The notes below the pieces were generated by a model. The model ran no database searches, was not told the DNA's origin, and saw only the letters and a program-made list of their open reading frames with translations. A program made the translations under genes and the position numbers. Below are positions 28,903 through 38,916 of a DNA stretch of 41,713 nucleotides, piece after piece. Each line of letters starts with the position of its first letter. The stretch's first letter is position 1. Origin of the DNA: Bacteroidales bacterium (GTDB taxonomy: Bacteria; Bacteroidota; Bacteroidia; Bacteroidales; VadinHA17); NCBI GenBank assembly GCA_012522155.1, contig JAAYKX010000050.1, forward strand, positions 1 to 41,713, in the 5' to 3' direction.

Positions 28903-31185
28903 TTAGCGGTTATAGTCATCAAATCCTGACTGGTCAATCATTTTGACTTTTTCCTCAAGGATTTTGATCATCTTTTTTGCACTGTCGATCTTTTCTCTTA
29001 CCTCAGAGATCAATGTTTCGGCATTGGGTGACTTGGTAAAAAACCCGATATTGTTTTCCCAGAGTACTATGTCATTTTCCAGCTGCTTGATTTTTGTAAA
29101 GAATTTATCACGCTCATTTCTTATTTTTCTTGACGCTTTGGGATTTGCTTTAAGATTTTCCAGTCTGGAACTGAACCTGAGAATACTCTTGTCTTCATCT
29201 CCGATCTTCAGTCTGTCAAACTCCTTGTTCAGGGCAATACGATATTTGTTTATAATCTCATCCTTCCTGTTAAAGGGAACAAATCCTATTTCAGTCCATC
29301 TCCGCTGAATACCCTTAAGTCTTTCGAAAGCCTCTTGTACGTCCGTTCCTGCCTCAAATTCCTCAAGTTCCTGAATCAATGCCAGTTTGGCTTTAAGATT
29401 ATCTTCATATGATGAGTCCAGCTCACTAAAAAACTCCGCTTTACTGTCAAAGAAATGATCACAGGCCTTCCTGAATCTTTTCCAGACTTTTTCGGATTGT
29501 TTTCTGGGAACGGGACCAATTTCCTTCCAGTTTTTCTGAAGTCTTATAAGGGCATCCGTGGTTGCCTTCCAGTCGGTACTGTCCTGCAATGCCTCTGCCT
29601 GAAGACATAAATCAATTTTAAGCTGAAGATTATTCTGTTGTACTTCCTTATTATCGGCATAGAAACTCCTTTTCTTGTCGAAAAAGCTGTCACAGGCATC
29701 CCTGAATCTCTGGTATACTTTATTGTTTTGTTTTTTGGGCGCAAATCCGATTGTTCTCCACATTTTCTGCAGAGCAATTACTTTTTCAGCCTTTTCGTCA
29801 AACTCCCTGAAATTCGTAATTTCAAGAAGGTTTATTTCTTCCACTTCCTCACACAGGGCTATCTTTGCTTCCAGGTTTTTGCGCTGTGCATCCTTCTGTT
29901 TTTCAAAATATTCGTGATGCCGTTTATTGATTTGTGATGTGGCCTCCCTGAAGCGTTCCCATATTTCATTTTTCACTTCATTGGGAACAGGGCCTATTTC
30001 ACGCCACTGATTATGATATTCCTGCAGAACACGAAAGGCATTTACCGGATTTGGTTCAAGAAGAAGCTCTTCGGCCTTTTCACACAACTGCACTTTGGCT
30101 TCCAGGTTCCTTTTAAGATCAAGGTCACGTAACTCTTTATTGATTTTTATATAATCATAAAAGATTTCCACGTTGTGGTGATAATTTTCCCAAAGATGCT
30201 TGACAGCATTTTGCGGAACCACACCAACCGAATGCCACTCACCCTGGAGCAGCCTGAATTCATTAAAAGTTTTATTGATTGATTCCTCACGGTTGACAAG
30301 TTCTTTTATCTTGTCAATTATCTCATATTTTTTCTTGAGGTTTTCATATTTTTCAGCTTCCTGTACTTTGTTGAAATCAGTCTTCTTTTGCCTGTATTTG
30401 TCAAGAAGATGCTTGACCCTTGCTTCAAGAGGATCAACCCATGACCGGTAATCCTCAAGAGTGCCGCCGCCTTCCAGAAATTTATTCTTCCTTTCTTCGG
30501 CTTCCTGCTTTAACTTTTTATAAAAAAATACCTTTATTCTGTCTACATCATTCCGAATCTCTGATGGTGGCCTGTTATCGATCAGAAGTGCCAGTGTCTC
30601 CACAAGATCATTCTTTGAAAAACCGGAATAATCAACAGGAGGAAGTTCAACATCATCAAGATTTTTGGATTCACCTTCAACTTCCTGTACTGTTTTCCGC
30701 TTCCTTTTTACAGGAATTTTATTCTCTGCAGCCGGCTCACCTTCGGCCGGGGCCTCTGCGACCTGTTCATCTTCAACCGGGGGCTCTGCAATCTGCTCAT
30801 CCTCAGCCGGGGTCTCTGCAGCCGGTTCACCCTCAGCCGGTTCTTCTGTGGCCGATTCCTCTTCAGCCGGGGGCTCTGCAATCTGCTCATCCTCAGCCGG
30901 GGTCTCTGCAGCCGGTTCTTCTGTGGCCGATTCCTCTTCAGCCTGCTCTCCTTCAGCCGGTTCCTCTTCAGCCGCTGCCTCCGCAGCATGCTCTCCTTCA
31001 GCCGGTTCTTTTTCAGCCTGTTCACTCTCTGTTTTTTCCTTCTCCGGCTGATCCTTCTGATTATCTGTAATACTGGCTTCCGGGATTTCCTCACCACTTA
31101 TATTTCTCTCAGTTCCGGCGGCATCTTCAGTTGCCCCGGATTGTTCATTACGAACAGAGTCTTCCGGATCTTTCTCTATTATCAT
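28903..31185 (-). CDS. DUF349 domain protein with an acidic low-complexity N-terminus
   Basis: Repeated W..IGPVP...W.RF..ACD.FF and NL..K..LCE units. Confidence 0.9.
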   Translation of the reverse strand: MIIEKDPEDSVRNEQSGATEDAAGTERNISGEEIPEASITDNQKDQPEKEKTESEQAEKEPAEGEHAAEAAAEEEPAEGEQAEEESATEEPAAETPAEDEQIAEPPAEEESATEEPAEGEPAAETPAEDEQIAEPPVEDEQVAEAPAEGEPAAENKIPVKRKRKTVQEVEGESKNLDDVELPPVDYSGFSKNDLVETLALLIDNRPPSEIRNDVDRIKVFFYKKLKQEAEERKNKFLEGGGTLEDYRSWVDPLEARVKHLLDKYRQKKTDFNKVQEAEKYENLKKKYEIIDKIKELVNREESINKTFNEFRLLQGEWHSVGVVPQNAVKHLWENYHHNVEIFYDYIKINKELRDLDLKRNLEAKVQLCEKAEELLLEPNPVNAFRVLQEYHNQWREIGPVPNEVKNEIWERFREATSQINKRHHEYFEKQKDAQRKNLEAKIALCEEVEEINLLEITNFREFDEKAEKVIALQKMWRTIGFAPKKQNNKVYQRFRDACDSFFDKKRSFYADNKEVQQNNLQLKIDLCLQAEALQDSTDWKATTDALIRLQKNWKEIGPVPRKQSEKVWKRFRKACDHFFDSKAEFFSELDSSYEDNLKAKLALIQELEEFEAGTDVQEAFERLKGIQRRWTEIGFVPFNRKDEIINKYRIALNKEFDRLKIGDEDKSILRFSSRLENLKANPKASRKIRNERDKFFTKIKQLENDIVLWENNIGFFTKSPNAETLISEVREKIDSAKKMIKILEEKVKMIDQSGFDDYNR
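30725..31020. repeat. Degenerate 15-bp (5-aa) tandem repeat array with an exact ~50-bp block repeated at 90-bp spacing
   Basis: Units EEPAE/ETPAE/DEQIA/EPPAE/EESAT; gggctctgcaatctgctcatcctcagccggggtctctgcagccggttc occurs at 30781 and 30871. Confidence 0.85.
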
Positions 31186-31455
31186 AGCAAGTCCTTTCTA
31201 ATTTCAGGTCTCTATTGGAAGTCTTAACCATGTAAGCTATCATGGATGTTTCAAGCTACGAAAATATTGAAATATTTAATAAACTCAAAGACCCTGAGAA
31301 ATTAATATGAGAATCTGTTAATTACATCTTTCATACAATGAGGGTTTAAGTTTATTTTCCGCTTCTTCTTTTAAAATCATCTGTCCGGAAAAAGAATACC
31401 GGATCTTTTCAAAATACCGTGAATGATAATAAATTTGCGTAAGAAATAATTTATT

Positions 31456-31635
31456 ATGAGTAACACAAGAATAATACTGATCGTTGCATTACTGGCACTT
31501 GCCGGATTCAGTCTCTATCAGAAACATTCCCGGCGGAAGCAGGAAAAACAGGGGAAGGGACAAAAGGGGGACGATGGAAAATCCAATCCGCCCGAATCAC
31601 AACAGGATGATTACGAGCCCTATTCAGGAAATTAA
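31456..31635 (+). CDS. Small single-pass membrane protein, 59 aa (not in the ORF track)
   Basis: MSNTRIILIVALLALAGFSLYQKHSRRKQEKQGKGQKGDDGKSNPPESQQDDYEPYSGN. TAAATTTG promoter element at 31430-31437 and an A/T-rich leader. Confidence 0.75.
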   Translation: MSNTRIILIVALLALAGFSLYQKHSRRKQEKQGKGQKGDDGKSNPPESQQDDYEPYSGN

Positions 31636-31641
31636 AATGTT

Positions 31642-32931
31642 TCAAAGTCTGTTTTTCGCGGCAAGATGCCGTAAGGGGTTAACCACCTTTTGCAGAAGTC
31701 TCAGGCTGTCCGTCATTATCTCGGCAGTTCCCTGCATGTTCTGAGTAAATTCAAGTTCCCTGCCATAAAGAGTTTTCAATCCTTCAGGCAGAATTATCTC
31801 AATTATGTAGGCATCCCCGGACGGGACAAGTGATTTGGATTCCACAACCCCACGCACCATTCCGTATTCAAGATAGGGGTATCCGGCAAGTTTGATATTT
31901 ACCGCCTGACCGGGTCTTACTTTTCCCGATCTGTACATTTTGAGGTCAACCCTTCCTATAAAGTTTCCCGGGTTAAGGGGAACGACAGTCAAAACAGGCT
32001 CATCCCTTGCCACCATCTGATTCTGTTTCCAGAATCTTGTAAAAGTTACAATACCGTCTATCGGAGATATGATAAGATAGGTGTTTTCCCAAATTCTTAT
32101 CTGTGCTTTAAGATTATTAAGGGATTCTGTCAGGGATGAAAACAATCTTTCTCTTTCTTCAGTCATTTTAATCCTGTAATCCTGCAGCTCCTGGTTTTTC
32201 CGGGCAAGTTCAAGGCTTTTGGCTGCATGGTCAAGTCTGACATCCTGAAGTTCAATATTAATTTTGTTGAAGGTCTGGCGTGAGATATCAAATTCGCTTT
32301 CTGAAAACACAGCTCCTGCAAAAAGGGATGAATCCCTGGTGAACTTTTTTGCCTCAATACGCTGGTTTTCGACATAAAAACCCTCCTTTTCCTTTACTCT
32401 TCTGATATATTCCTCCAGTCCGGATATTTCCCTTATAACCGAAGAAATCTTATATCCGTAAAAATCATTTTTTACATAGTTTTCATAATCAGACAGGTTC
32501 TTAAGAAAAGTACCCCAGTATTCCTGTATCTCACCAAGTTCAGAAAATGATGGAAGGGATCCGGCTGAAACTGATCCGGGATCCTGTATTTCCTCAATAC
32601 TCTCCCTCAGTTTCCTCACCTGATCAATTGATGCAGCTGTTTCCATCACGGCGAGCAGGCGCCCTGTATGAACCGTTTCACCATCGGTGACATACCAGTT
32701 TAAAATACGTCCGCTTATTTTTGACACCAGGGTAACCGGAGGATTTTCTGTGGTAATCTGTACAGATGACGGCACCACGTTCGGATAACGGATGATCCAT
32801 GCAAAAACCAGGATAATCAGTATTACTGCAGAAATTGCGGCTGTTCCCCACCTTACAAGTCTTCCCGGCGGACTTGAAATAATTTCACGCACAGGTTCGG
32901 AATGCAGTATTTCCGTTTTACTTTTTTTCAT
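31642..32931 (-). CDS. HlyD-family secretion membrane fusion protein
   Basis: SEPVREII..PP..LVRWG, one TM, coiled coil, SPIDG, GQAVNIKL.GYPYLEYG, GTAEIMT. Begins 9 bp after the ABC exporter. Confidence 0.92.
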   Translation of the reverse strand: MKKSKTEILHSEPVREIISSPPGRLVRWGTAAISAVILIILVFAWIIRYPNVVPSSVQITTENPPVTLVSKISGRILNWYVTDGETVHTGRLLAVMETAASIDQVRKLRESIEEIQDPGSVSAGSLPSFSELGEIQEYWGTFLKNLSDYENYVKNDFYGYKISSVIREISGLEEYIRRVKEKEGFYVENQRIEAKKFTRDSSLFAGAVFSESEFDISRQTFNKINIELQDVRLDHAAKSLELARKNQELQDYRIKMTEERERLFSSLTESLNNLKAQIRIWENTYLIISPIDGIVTFTRFWKQNQMVARDEPVLTVVPLNPGNFIGRVDLKMYRSGKVRPGQAVNIKLAGYPYLEYGMVRGVVESKSLVPSGDAYIIEIILPEGLKTLYGRELEFTQNMQGTAEIMTDSLRLLQKVVNPLRHLAAKNRL

Positions 32932-32940
32932 TTCATCAGA

Positions 32941-35127
32941 TCAATTTCCAAGTTCAAGCTGATTTTTAACAAGATTAAAATAAGCACCTTTCTGTTCTAT
33001 GAGCGAATCGTGATTTCCGGTTTCCACTATCCTTCCCTTATCCAGGACAACAATTTTATCCGCATTCCTGACAGTGCTGAGCCTGTGTGCAACAATCAGC
33101 ACAGTCTTTTTTCTTAAATATTCTGCAAGATTTTCAACAATGGCTTTTTCATTATTGGTATCAAGGGAGTTGGTCGCTTCATCGAATATCAGTATATCCG
33201 GATCCTTATACAAAACGCGGGCAATAAGTATTCTCTGCTTCTGTCCTTCACTCAGGCCATGCCCGTTTGCACCGATTTTTGTATTATAGCCCAATGGAAG
33301 TAATTCAATAAATTCCCTGATATTTGCCATTTCAACAGCCCTGAAAAGCCTTTCATCATCAATTTCTGAATTCCCCGGGGAAATATTTGATGCGATGGAT
33401 TCCGGAAAAATAAAACCATCCTGCATAACGGCCCCGGTTTTTTCTCTCCAGAGTCTGAGACTGAGATTTGACAGCCTGGTGTCACCCACAAGGATTTCTC
33501 CGCTGACAGGATTGTAAAATCCAAGGATCAGCTTGAGCAGGGTTGTTTTTCCACTGCCGCTGGTCCCCACAACAGCAGTTGTTTTATTTTCGCCGATGAC
33601 AAGGTCTATATCCTTTAATACAAAAGGTGAATGCGGACCTTCATACTGAAATGACAAATTATTGATTATTATGTCTTTCCTTTCAGGAAGCCTGTGAATC
33701 TTTGATTCAGGATCAGCTTCTTCCTCTTCCATTCCGTGAACTTCGGCAAGCCTGTTCAGGCTCATTCCCGCATCCTGTGTTATCCGAAAAAATCCAATGA
33801 TCTGATTCAGAGGCACATTGAGCTGGCCTATGATGAACTGGACAGCAAGCATCATACCAAGGGTCATACTGCCTTTCAGAACTGCTGTTGCTGAAACGAC
33901 AGTAATCAGGAGATTGGTTACCTCATTTAGAAAAGTTCCACCCGCTGTCTGATACTGAAGCAGTCCCAGTCCTTTTGATTTCAGTGTAAAGAGGGAAGCC
34001 TGCAGGTTTTCCCAGTCCCAGCGTTTAAGCGATTCGCTCTGGGTAAGTTTTATTTCCTGCATTCCGTTTACAATATTTATTAGTTTGCTGTTGGCAACTG
34101 ACATCTCGCGGAACCTCTCATGGTCAAGCCTTGCTCTTGATTTCATAAATACAGATACCCAAAGCACATACAACACTGATCCGGTAAGAAAAAGCGCCAG
34201 TATTTTCATACTGTATACTGCAAGAACAATACTGAACACAATGATGTTGAAAAAGGAAAACATTATACTCAGGCTGGTGGAAGTAAGAAAATTTTCAATC
34301 CTGTTGTTATCGTCAATCCTCTGAAGAATATCACCGGTAAGTTTAGTATCGAAGAATGCAATTGGCAGGGACATCAGTTTCTGCAGAAAGCCGGAAATTA
34401 TTGACACATTGACACGGGCTCCGATATGAAGAAGCAGCCATCCCCTGATAAATTCCACTGACATACGGCCGATTACGAGAGCCAGCTGTGCGAACAGTAT
34501 CAGGTATATAAAGCCCAGGTCGCTGTTATTGAGACCAGTGTCAATTATTGCCTGTGTAAGGAAGGGAATAATAAGCTGTATTACGCTGCCAATAAGCAGT
34601 CCAAGCATCAGCTGGCCAAAATATTTCTTATAGAGGTTAAAATATCTTGCAAGGAATCTGAAACCATGAACGGGTTCAGGTTCATTTTCCTTTTCCAGCA
34701 ACTCGGGCGTAGGTTCAAGGATCAGCACCAGTCCTGCCGGTTTTCCGTCCTCCAGGGTACTGGCCCATTTTTTTATAAATTCCTCCCTGTCCACGGAGAT
34801 AAGACCAACGGCAGGGTCAGCTATCAGAATTTTCTTTTTCCTGATCCTGTACACTACAACAAAATGTTTCTGTCTCCAGTGTACTATACAGGGCAGGGGA
34901 ACCTTATCAGCAAGCATGTCAAAAGGGACTTTAACTCCTATAGTCCTGAATCCCAGACTACCCGCAGCCTCAGACAAGCCAAGGAAAGATACTCCTTCCC
35001 GTGTTATATAGCATTTCCGCCGGATTGATTCAAGATTGAAACTTTTCTTGTAATAAGATGCTACCATTTTAAGGCAGGCAGGCCCACAGTCCATCGCATC
35101 TGGCTGTCTTACAAAAGGAAATGACAT
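32941..35127 (-). CDS. Peptidase C39-containing ABC transporter (PCAT, double-glycine peptide exporter)
   Basis: QPDAMDCGPACL (catalytic Cys), HWRQKHFVVV (His), ADPA (Asp), TM domain, GTSGSGKTT, LSEGQKQR, FDEAT. Confidence 0.95.
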   Translation of the reverse strand: MSFPFVRQPDAMDCGPACLKMVASYYKKSFNLESIRRKCYITREGVSFLGLSEAAGSLGFRTIGVKVPFDMLADKVPLPCIVHWRQKHFVVVYRIRKKKILIADPAVGLISVDREEFIKKWASTLEDGKPAGLVLILEPTPELLEKENEPEPVHGFRFLARYFNLYKKYFGQLMLGLLIGSVIQLIIPFLTQAIIDTGLNNSDLGFIYLILFAQLALVIGRMSVEFIRGWLLLHIGARVNVSIISGFLQKLMSLPIAFFDTKLTGDILQRIDDNNRIENFLTSTSLSIMFSFFNIIVFSIVLAVYSMKILALFLTGSVLYVLWVSVFMKSRARLDHERFREMSVANSKLINIVNGMQEIKLTQSESLKRWDWENLQASLFTLKSKGLGLLQYQTAGGTFLNEVTNLLITVVSATAVLKGSMTLGMMLAVQFIIGQLNVPLNQIIGFFRITQDAGMSLNRLAEVHGMEEEEADPESKIHRLPERKDIIINNLSFQYEGPHSPFVLKDIDLVIGENKTTAVVGTSGSGKTTLLKLILGFYNPVSGEILVGDTRLSNLSLRLWREKTGAVMQDGFIFPESIASNISPGNSEIDDERLFRAVEMANIREFIELLPLGYNTKIGANGHGLSEGQKQRILIARVLYKDPDILIFDEATNSLDTNNEKAIVENLAEYLRKKTVLIVAHRLSTVRNADKIVVLDKGRIVETGNHDSLIEQKGAYFNLVKNQLELGN

Positions 35128-35275
35128 TCTTGGCGGAAAAAGATATTATCGGTTTAAATTATTTAATATTTACCCTGAAAGTCATCCGGTAAATTATTCT
35201 GCAATGTAATTATTTTAATAATTTTTTTACGCAAACTAAATAGTATATTTGTTTTTCAATTCAGATTTACCAGAA

Positions 35276-35848
35276 TTGTTTAAGAGGATAACAGATTCAA
35301 AGATCATTGCAGGCGTTAAGGCTCAGGATGATAATATTCTAGAATGGATTTATGACAATTATTATCAAACTGTAAAAAACCACATAATTAAAAACAGCGG
35401 TTCACCGGATGATGTACCTGATATTTTTCAGGATACCATCATTATCCTGTACAAACAAATTACTGCTGATTCCCTCACACTGACCTCCGATCTCAAAGCT
35501 TACTTTTTTGGAATAGCCCGTAATTTATGGAATGCCAGGCTCAGGCAAAAGAGCAGAATGACCGGAATTGAGCCACGATTCGACCTGGCAGATGAATCAG
35601 ATTCAGAAGATAATGAAAATCTTATGTTTGAGCGGATCATGAGCAGGGCATTCTATAAACTGAAGCCTGATTGCCAGACCATACTGACCTTACATTCTGA
35701 GGGTTTTACTTATCAGGAGATTACCGAAAAAATGCAGCTGAAGAATGAGGTGTATGCACGGAGAAAGAAATATTTATGCAAGGAAGCACTTCTTGAACTT
35801 GTAAAGGCAGATTCTGAATATCAGGAATATTTACGCTTCCTGAAATAA
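35276..35848 (+). CDS. ECF-type RNA polymerase sigma factor
   Basis: Region 2 DIFQDTIIILY...LKAYFFGIARNLW; region 4 LKPDCQTIL...TYQEI...RRKKYLC. The track start TTG 35249 lies inside a TATATTTG promoter element (35244-35251), so the in-frame TTG at 35276 is preferred. Confidence 0.9.
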   Translation: MFKRITDSKIIAGVKAQDDNILEWIYDNYYQTVKNHIIKNSGSPDDVPDIFQDTIIILYKQITADSLTLTSDLKAYFFGIARNLWNARLRQKSRMTGIEPRFDLADESDSEDNENLMFERIMSRAFYKLKPDCQTILTLHSEGFTYQEITEKMQLKNEVYARRKKYLCKEALLELVKADSEYQEYLRFLK

Positions 35849-38800
35849 AATGTCAAAGCAGTCGCTGACAGTACAGTCAAAATAAGTATTATTGCTATTA
35901 ATCTGACGGGCGGGTATATAGGGGAGTTATCTCCGTAAACGATCAGTGTCGCCCAGAAATATGGATGAGATTTGAGTTGTGTGGCATTTTTAAGATAGGC
36001 AGTCCGTGATTTTCTCAGTGATTTGCTTTTTGTATGACCTTTTTTAAGATTTTCATAAAACCTGCTTACTATTTCAGTTCCTGATTTATCCTCAATTTCC
36101 CACATGGACATTACCACGGACCGGCTTCCGGAATAAAGGAATCCCCTTGCAAGGCTAAGGATGCCTTCACCTGATGACAAAACACCGGTTCCGGTATTAC
36201 AGGAACTCAGCACCACCATTTTTGACCTGAGAGGTATTCCGTAAATTTCTGAGGTATACAGCAGACCATCTTCCGGACTGTCGTTAGCCTGCGAAAAGAT
36301 CATGGCTGAATTCATGGGGTATTGATCGTTAAGAAGAGTATGCATTGCAAGGTGAACAATATTGTAATTCAGTGCCTCTTTTTTAAAAACTGATTCTTTA
36401 GCCTTTTCATTCAAAAAAAGCTTACCCCGGGAAATTGAAGCAACAAATTCTGCTTCCTGGCGTGCATAGGGCAGATCATAGAGATAACCCCTCCCCTGCT
36501 GGTTATGTAAAAACAGCGAATCGAGATTTATGTCAGTTCCGTAAAAGGGTGCAAAGGCTGCCAGTGAATTTTTTTCCGGAAGATTTCTGGTACCGATCTC
36601 CTTCATCAAAGTTGCCGAATAAGCATATGAAATGTCAAAGTCATTCATCAGGTAATCCAGTTTCCTGTAAAGTATTCCTTCTCCCTTATATTTTGAAGAC
36701 AGTATCGTTTCGAAAGGAAGATATGACAGGTAATTGTCGGGGGATATAAGCAGATTCCGGGATATGAAATACTTGCGTACAGGTTCAACAAGCATTTTGT
36801 AAAGGTCTGTTCCGGCTTCCTGGTAATTTCTGAAAGCACTCCCTGCATCCTTGGCGAGGGCCGGATTTGAAAGCAAATCCCTGAATTCGCCGAGAGTTTT
36901 AAACAGCATTGAATCAATTCTGCATGAAACCAGCTCCCTGTGCCTGCTGTTGACAACAAAAATATAAAGCAGGGAATCCGCAACAATATAACTGACGTAA
37001 TTAATTTTTTTTCCAACAATTGACGGTATTTCTTTCATCAACGGAGCGACTGTATTGTATTTAAGTGCGAAATATTCAGGATAATATTTCTCAAAAGTCA
37101 GAATCAGTGAATCACGTGCCCTTATTGCTACAAGTATCTTTTCATTCCATTCTGCAAGAAGAATTTTGTTTGGCTTTGCTTTTCCCTTTTCCAGTGAGAT
37201 TTTCGAGTTAAGCATTCCTATTTCCCGTTGAAGGGATTGTTCATAATCCGCAATTTCAGGAGGAATATGCAACTGTATTGCATTCAGTTCGCGTGTTGTC
37301 GCAAGCAAACCAGCCACCTTGCTTTTTTCTGCAATCTGAAAGGTTTTTTCAAGGTAGGAAGGGTCCTGGCTCAGCCTGTAACATAATTCTGAATCCCTTA
37401 TTGCCATCAGGTAGGATTTTCTGTAATGGTCACCCAGCACAATTCTGCTCTCCTCTTCACTGATATTCAATCTTATTTTGTCAACAGCATCAATGATATG
37501 ATGCGAGGTGGCCGCTACCGCCCTTAATATCCCGATGTCCTGTGTTTGTGAAAAAATATCCGTCAGTATCTCATATTTTGAACGAAGTATCCTTACATAC
37601 CGCCTGTCAGCCTGTACCGAATCAATCACGGGATTTGCGAGCGAACCTGGTGACTGCCCGGCTTTAGAGCCATAAAAAAGAAGTTCCTGGATTTTTGCAA
37701 GTGCTTCCCTGCTCTGACCATTATAATGTAAGGCCCTGGCATATCCTTCATAGACCGGGTCCCGCAGATTGGCATCCTCAGGATGTCTTGAAAGATAATC
37801 ATTGCAAACGGAGAAATGCTTTATTGCAGCCGCAGCATCATTCCTGTAGTTAAGCAAATATGCAGCATAATTCTTTAAGGCCTCTATATAATATCTGGAA
37901 TCCGTACCATAATAACTCCCCGACCTTTCCAGCAACTCAGTCAGAAGTGATTCGCCTTTTCGGATGTTGCCTGCATTTGCCAGAGCTATCGCATAGGTAT
38001 GTATCATGTTGAAGGAATGAATGGAGTTATCCTTTACCGCAAGCTCTATCCCCTTCCTGAAATATTCTTCCTCCTTTTCATTCATACCGAGATATCCGTA
38101 ATTTATAGCCATGCTGTTGATCAGTGTAATATAATTCTGATCCATTTCCATGTCATTCTTTTCCCAGACCGATTCAGCCTGTTCAAAATAAATCATTGCC
38201 TTTGCACAGTCTCCCATTCTTGCATATCCCGCTCCTATACTGCTATACAGATCACAGAGTTCTCTTTCCTGAAAAGCTTTCAGTATCCCCAGTGCCCTGT
38301 CAGTATATTCAATAAAACTTTTATAATCATTGTTCAGAATTGATGTGCCGATAAGTGTTGCGTAGGCTGAAGCAACATCGGGACTGTCCGCACCATAATA
38401 TTCAACTGATATTTCTATATAACGGGTCAGGTATCTTTTGACCATTGTATAATTTCCCAGATAATTATGTGCCACTCCAAGGTTGAAAAGAGCTTTAAGA
38501 TACTGATTATCTGCAATATTCAAACTATCCTTCAAGCGAACTGATTCTGCCAGATGAAAAGCAGCATTTTCGTATCTTGAAGAAAGCAAATTACATACCC
38601 CGGCATAATAGAACAATCCTGCTTCCATAAGCAGATCTGACTGTTTAAGACTGATCAGCTTTTCCAGGGAGTCGGCAAGGGACAGGAGGCCTGCAATATC
38701 TTTCCCTGAACTGAAATAATGAATCCGCTGGCTTATTTTATCGAGGGATCCGGAATTACTGATGCTGGCCTGGTCAAGCAAGGGAGAAATTCCGGGATCA

Positions 38801-38916
38801 TAGGGGACTTCCGGGGAACTGACTGAATTTTCTGATAAAATAAAACAAAGGATACCTGTAAAGATTATAAATCTGATCCTTAAATATCGTTTAACTGACT
38901 TTCTGCGCACCTTCAA
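35821..38916 (-). CDS. TPR + CHAT (caspase HetF-associated) protease, membrane-anchored
   Basis: N-terminal basic plus hydrophobic signal, TPR-like repeats, ISPDNYLSYLPFE, catalytic His (HLAMH) and Cys (VLSSCNTG), GEGILSLARGF, HPYFWA, C-terminal TM followed by RKRK. Confidence 0.92.
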   Translation of the reverse strand: MKVRRKSVKRYLRIRFIIFTGILCFILSENSVSSPEVPYDPGISPLLDQASISNSGSLDKISQRIHYFSSGKDIAGLLSLADSLEKLISLKQSDLLMEAGLFYYAGVCNLLSSRYENAAFHLAESVRLKDSLNIADNQYLKALFNLGVAHNYLGNYTMVKRYLTRYIEISVEYYGADSPDVASAYATLIGTSILNNDYKSFIEYTDRALGILKAFQERELCDLYSSIGAGYARMGDCAKAMIYFEQAESVWEKNDMEMDQNYITLINSMAINYGYLGMNEKEEEYFRKGIELAVKDNSIHSFNMIHTYAIALANAGNIRKGESLLTELLERSGSYYGTDSRYYIEALKNYAAYLLNYRNDAAAAIKHFSVCNDYLSRHPEDANLRDPVYEGYARALHYNGQSREALAKIQELLFYGSKAGQSPGSLANPVIDSVQADRRYVRILRSKYEILTDIFSQTQDIGILRAVAATSHHIIDAVDKIRLNISEEESRIVLGDHYRKSYLMAIRDSELCYRLSQDPSYLEKTFQIAEKSKVAGLLATTRELNAIQLHIPPEIADYEQSLQREIGMLNSKISLEKGKAKPNKILLAEWNEKILVAIRARDSLILTFEKYYPEYFALKYNTVAPLMKEIPSIVGKKINYVSYIVADSLLYIFVVNSRHRELVSCRIDSMLFKTLGEFRDLLSNPALAKDAGSAFRNYQEAGTDLYKMLVEPVRKYFISRNLLISPDNYLSYLPFETILSSKYKGEGILYRKLDYLMNDFDISYAYSATLMKEIGTRNLPEKNSLAAFAPFYGTDINLDSLFLHNQQGRGYLYDLPYARQEAEFVASISRGKLFLNEKAKESVFKKEALNYNIVHLAMHTLLNDQYPMNSAMIFSQANDSPEDGLLYTSEIYGIPLRSKMVVLSSCNTGTGVLSSGEGILSLARGFLYSGSRSVVMSMWEIEDKSGTEIVSRFYENLKKGHTKSKSLRKSRTAYLKNATQLKSHPYFWATLIVYGDNSPIYPPVRLIAIILILTVLSATALTFYFRKRKYS

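Noticed and set aside
30420-31097. Repetitive alternative-frame ORFs (216, 128 and 129 aa)
   Set aside because: Shadows created by the stop-poor repeat array inside DUF349. The same applies to the ORFs over the batC repeat.
31484-31744. 86-aa track ORF
   Set aside because: It overlaps hlyD on the opposite strand and is a shadow frame of the better-supported 59-aa ORF at 31456..31635.
35821-38916. CRISPR-associated Craspase or another anti-phage CHAT system
   Set aside because: No CRISPR array, cas, gasdermin or NTPase genes, and the protein appears exported and membrane-anchored.
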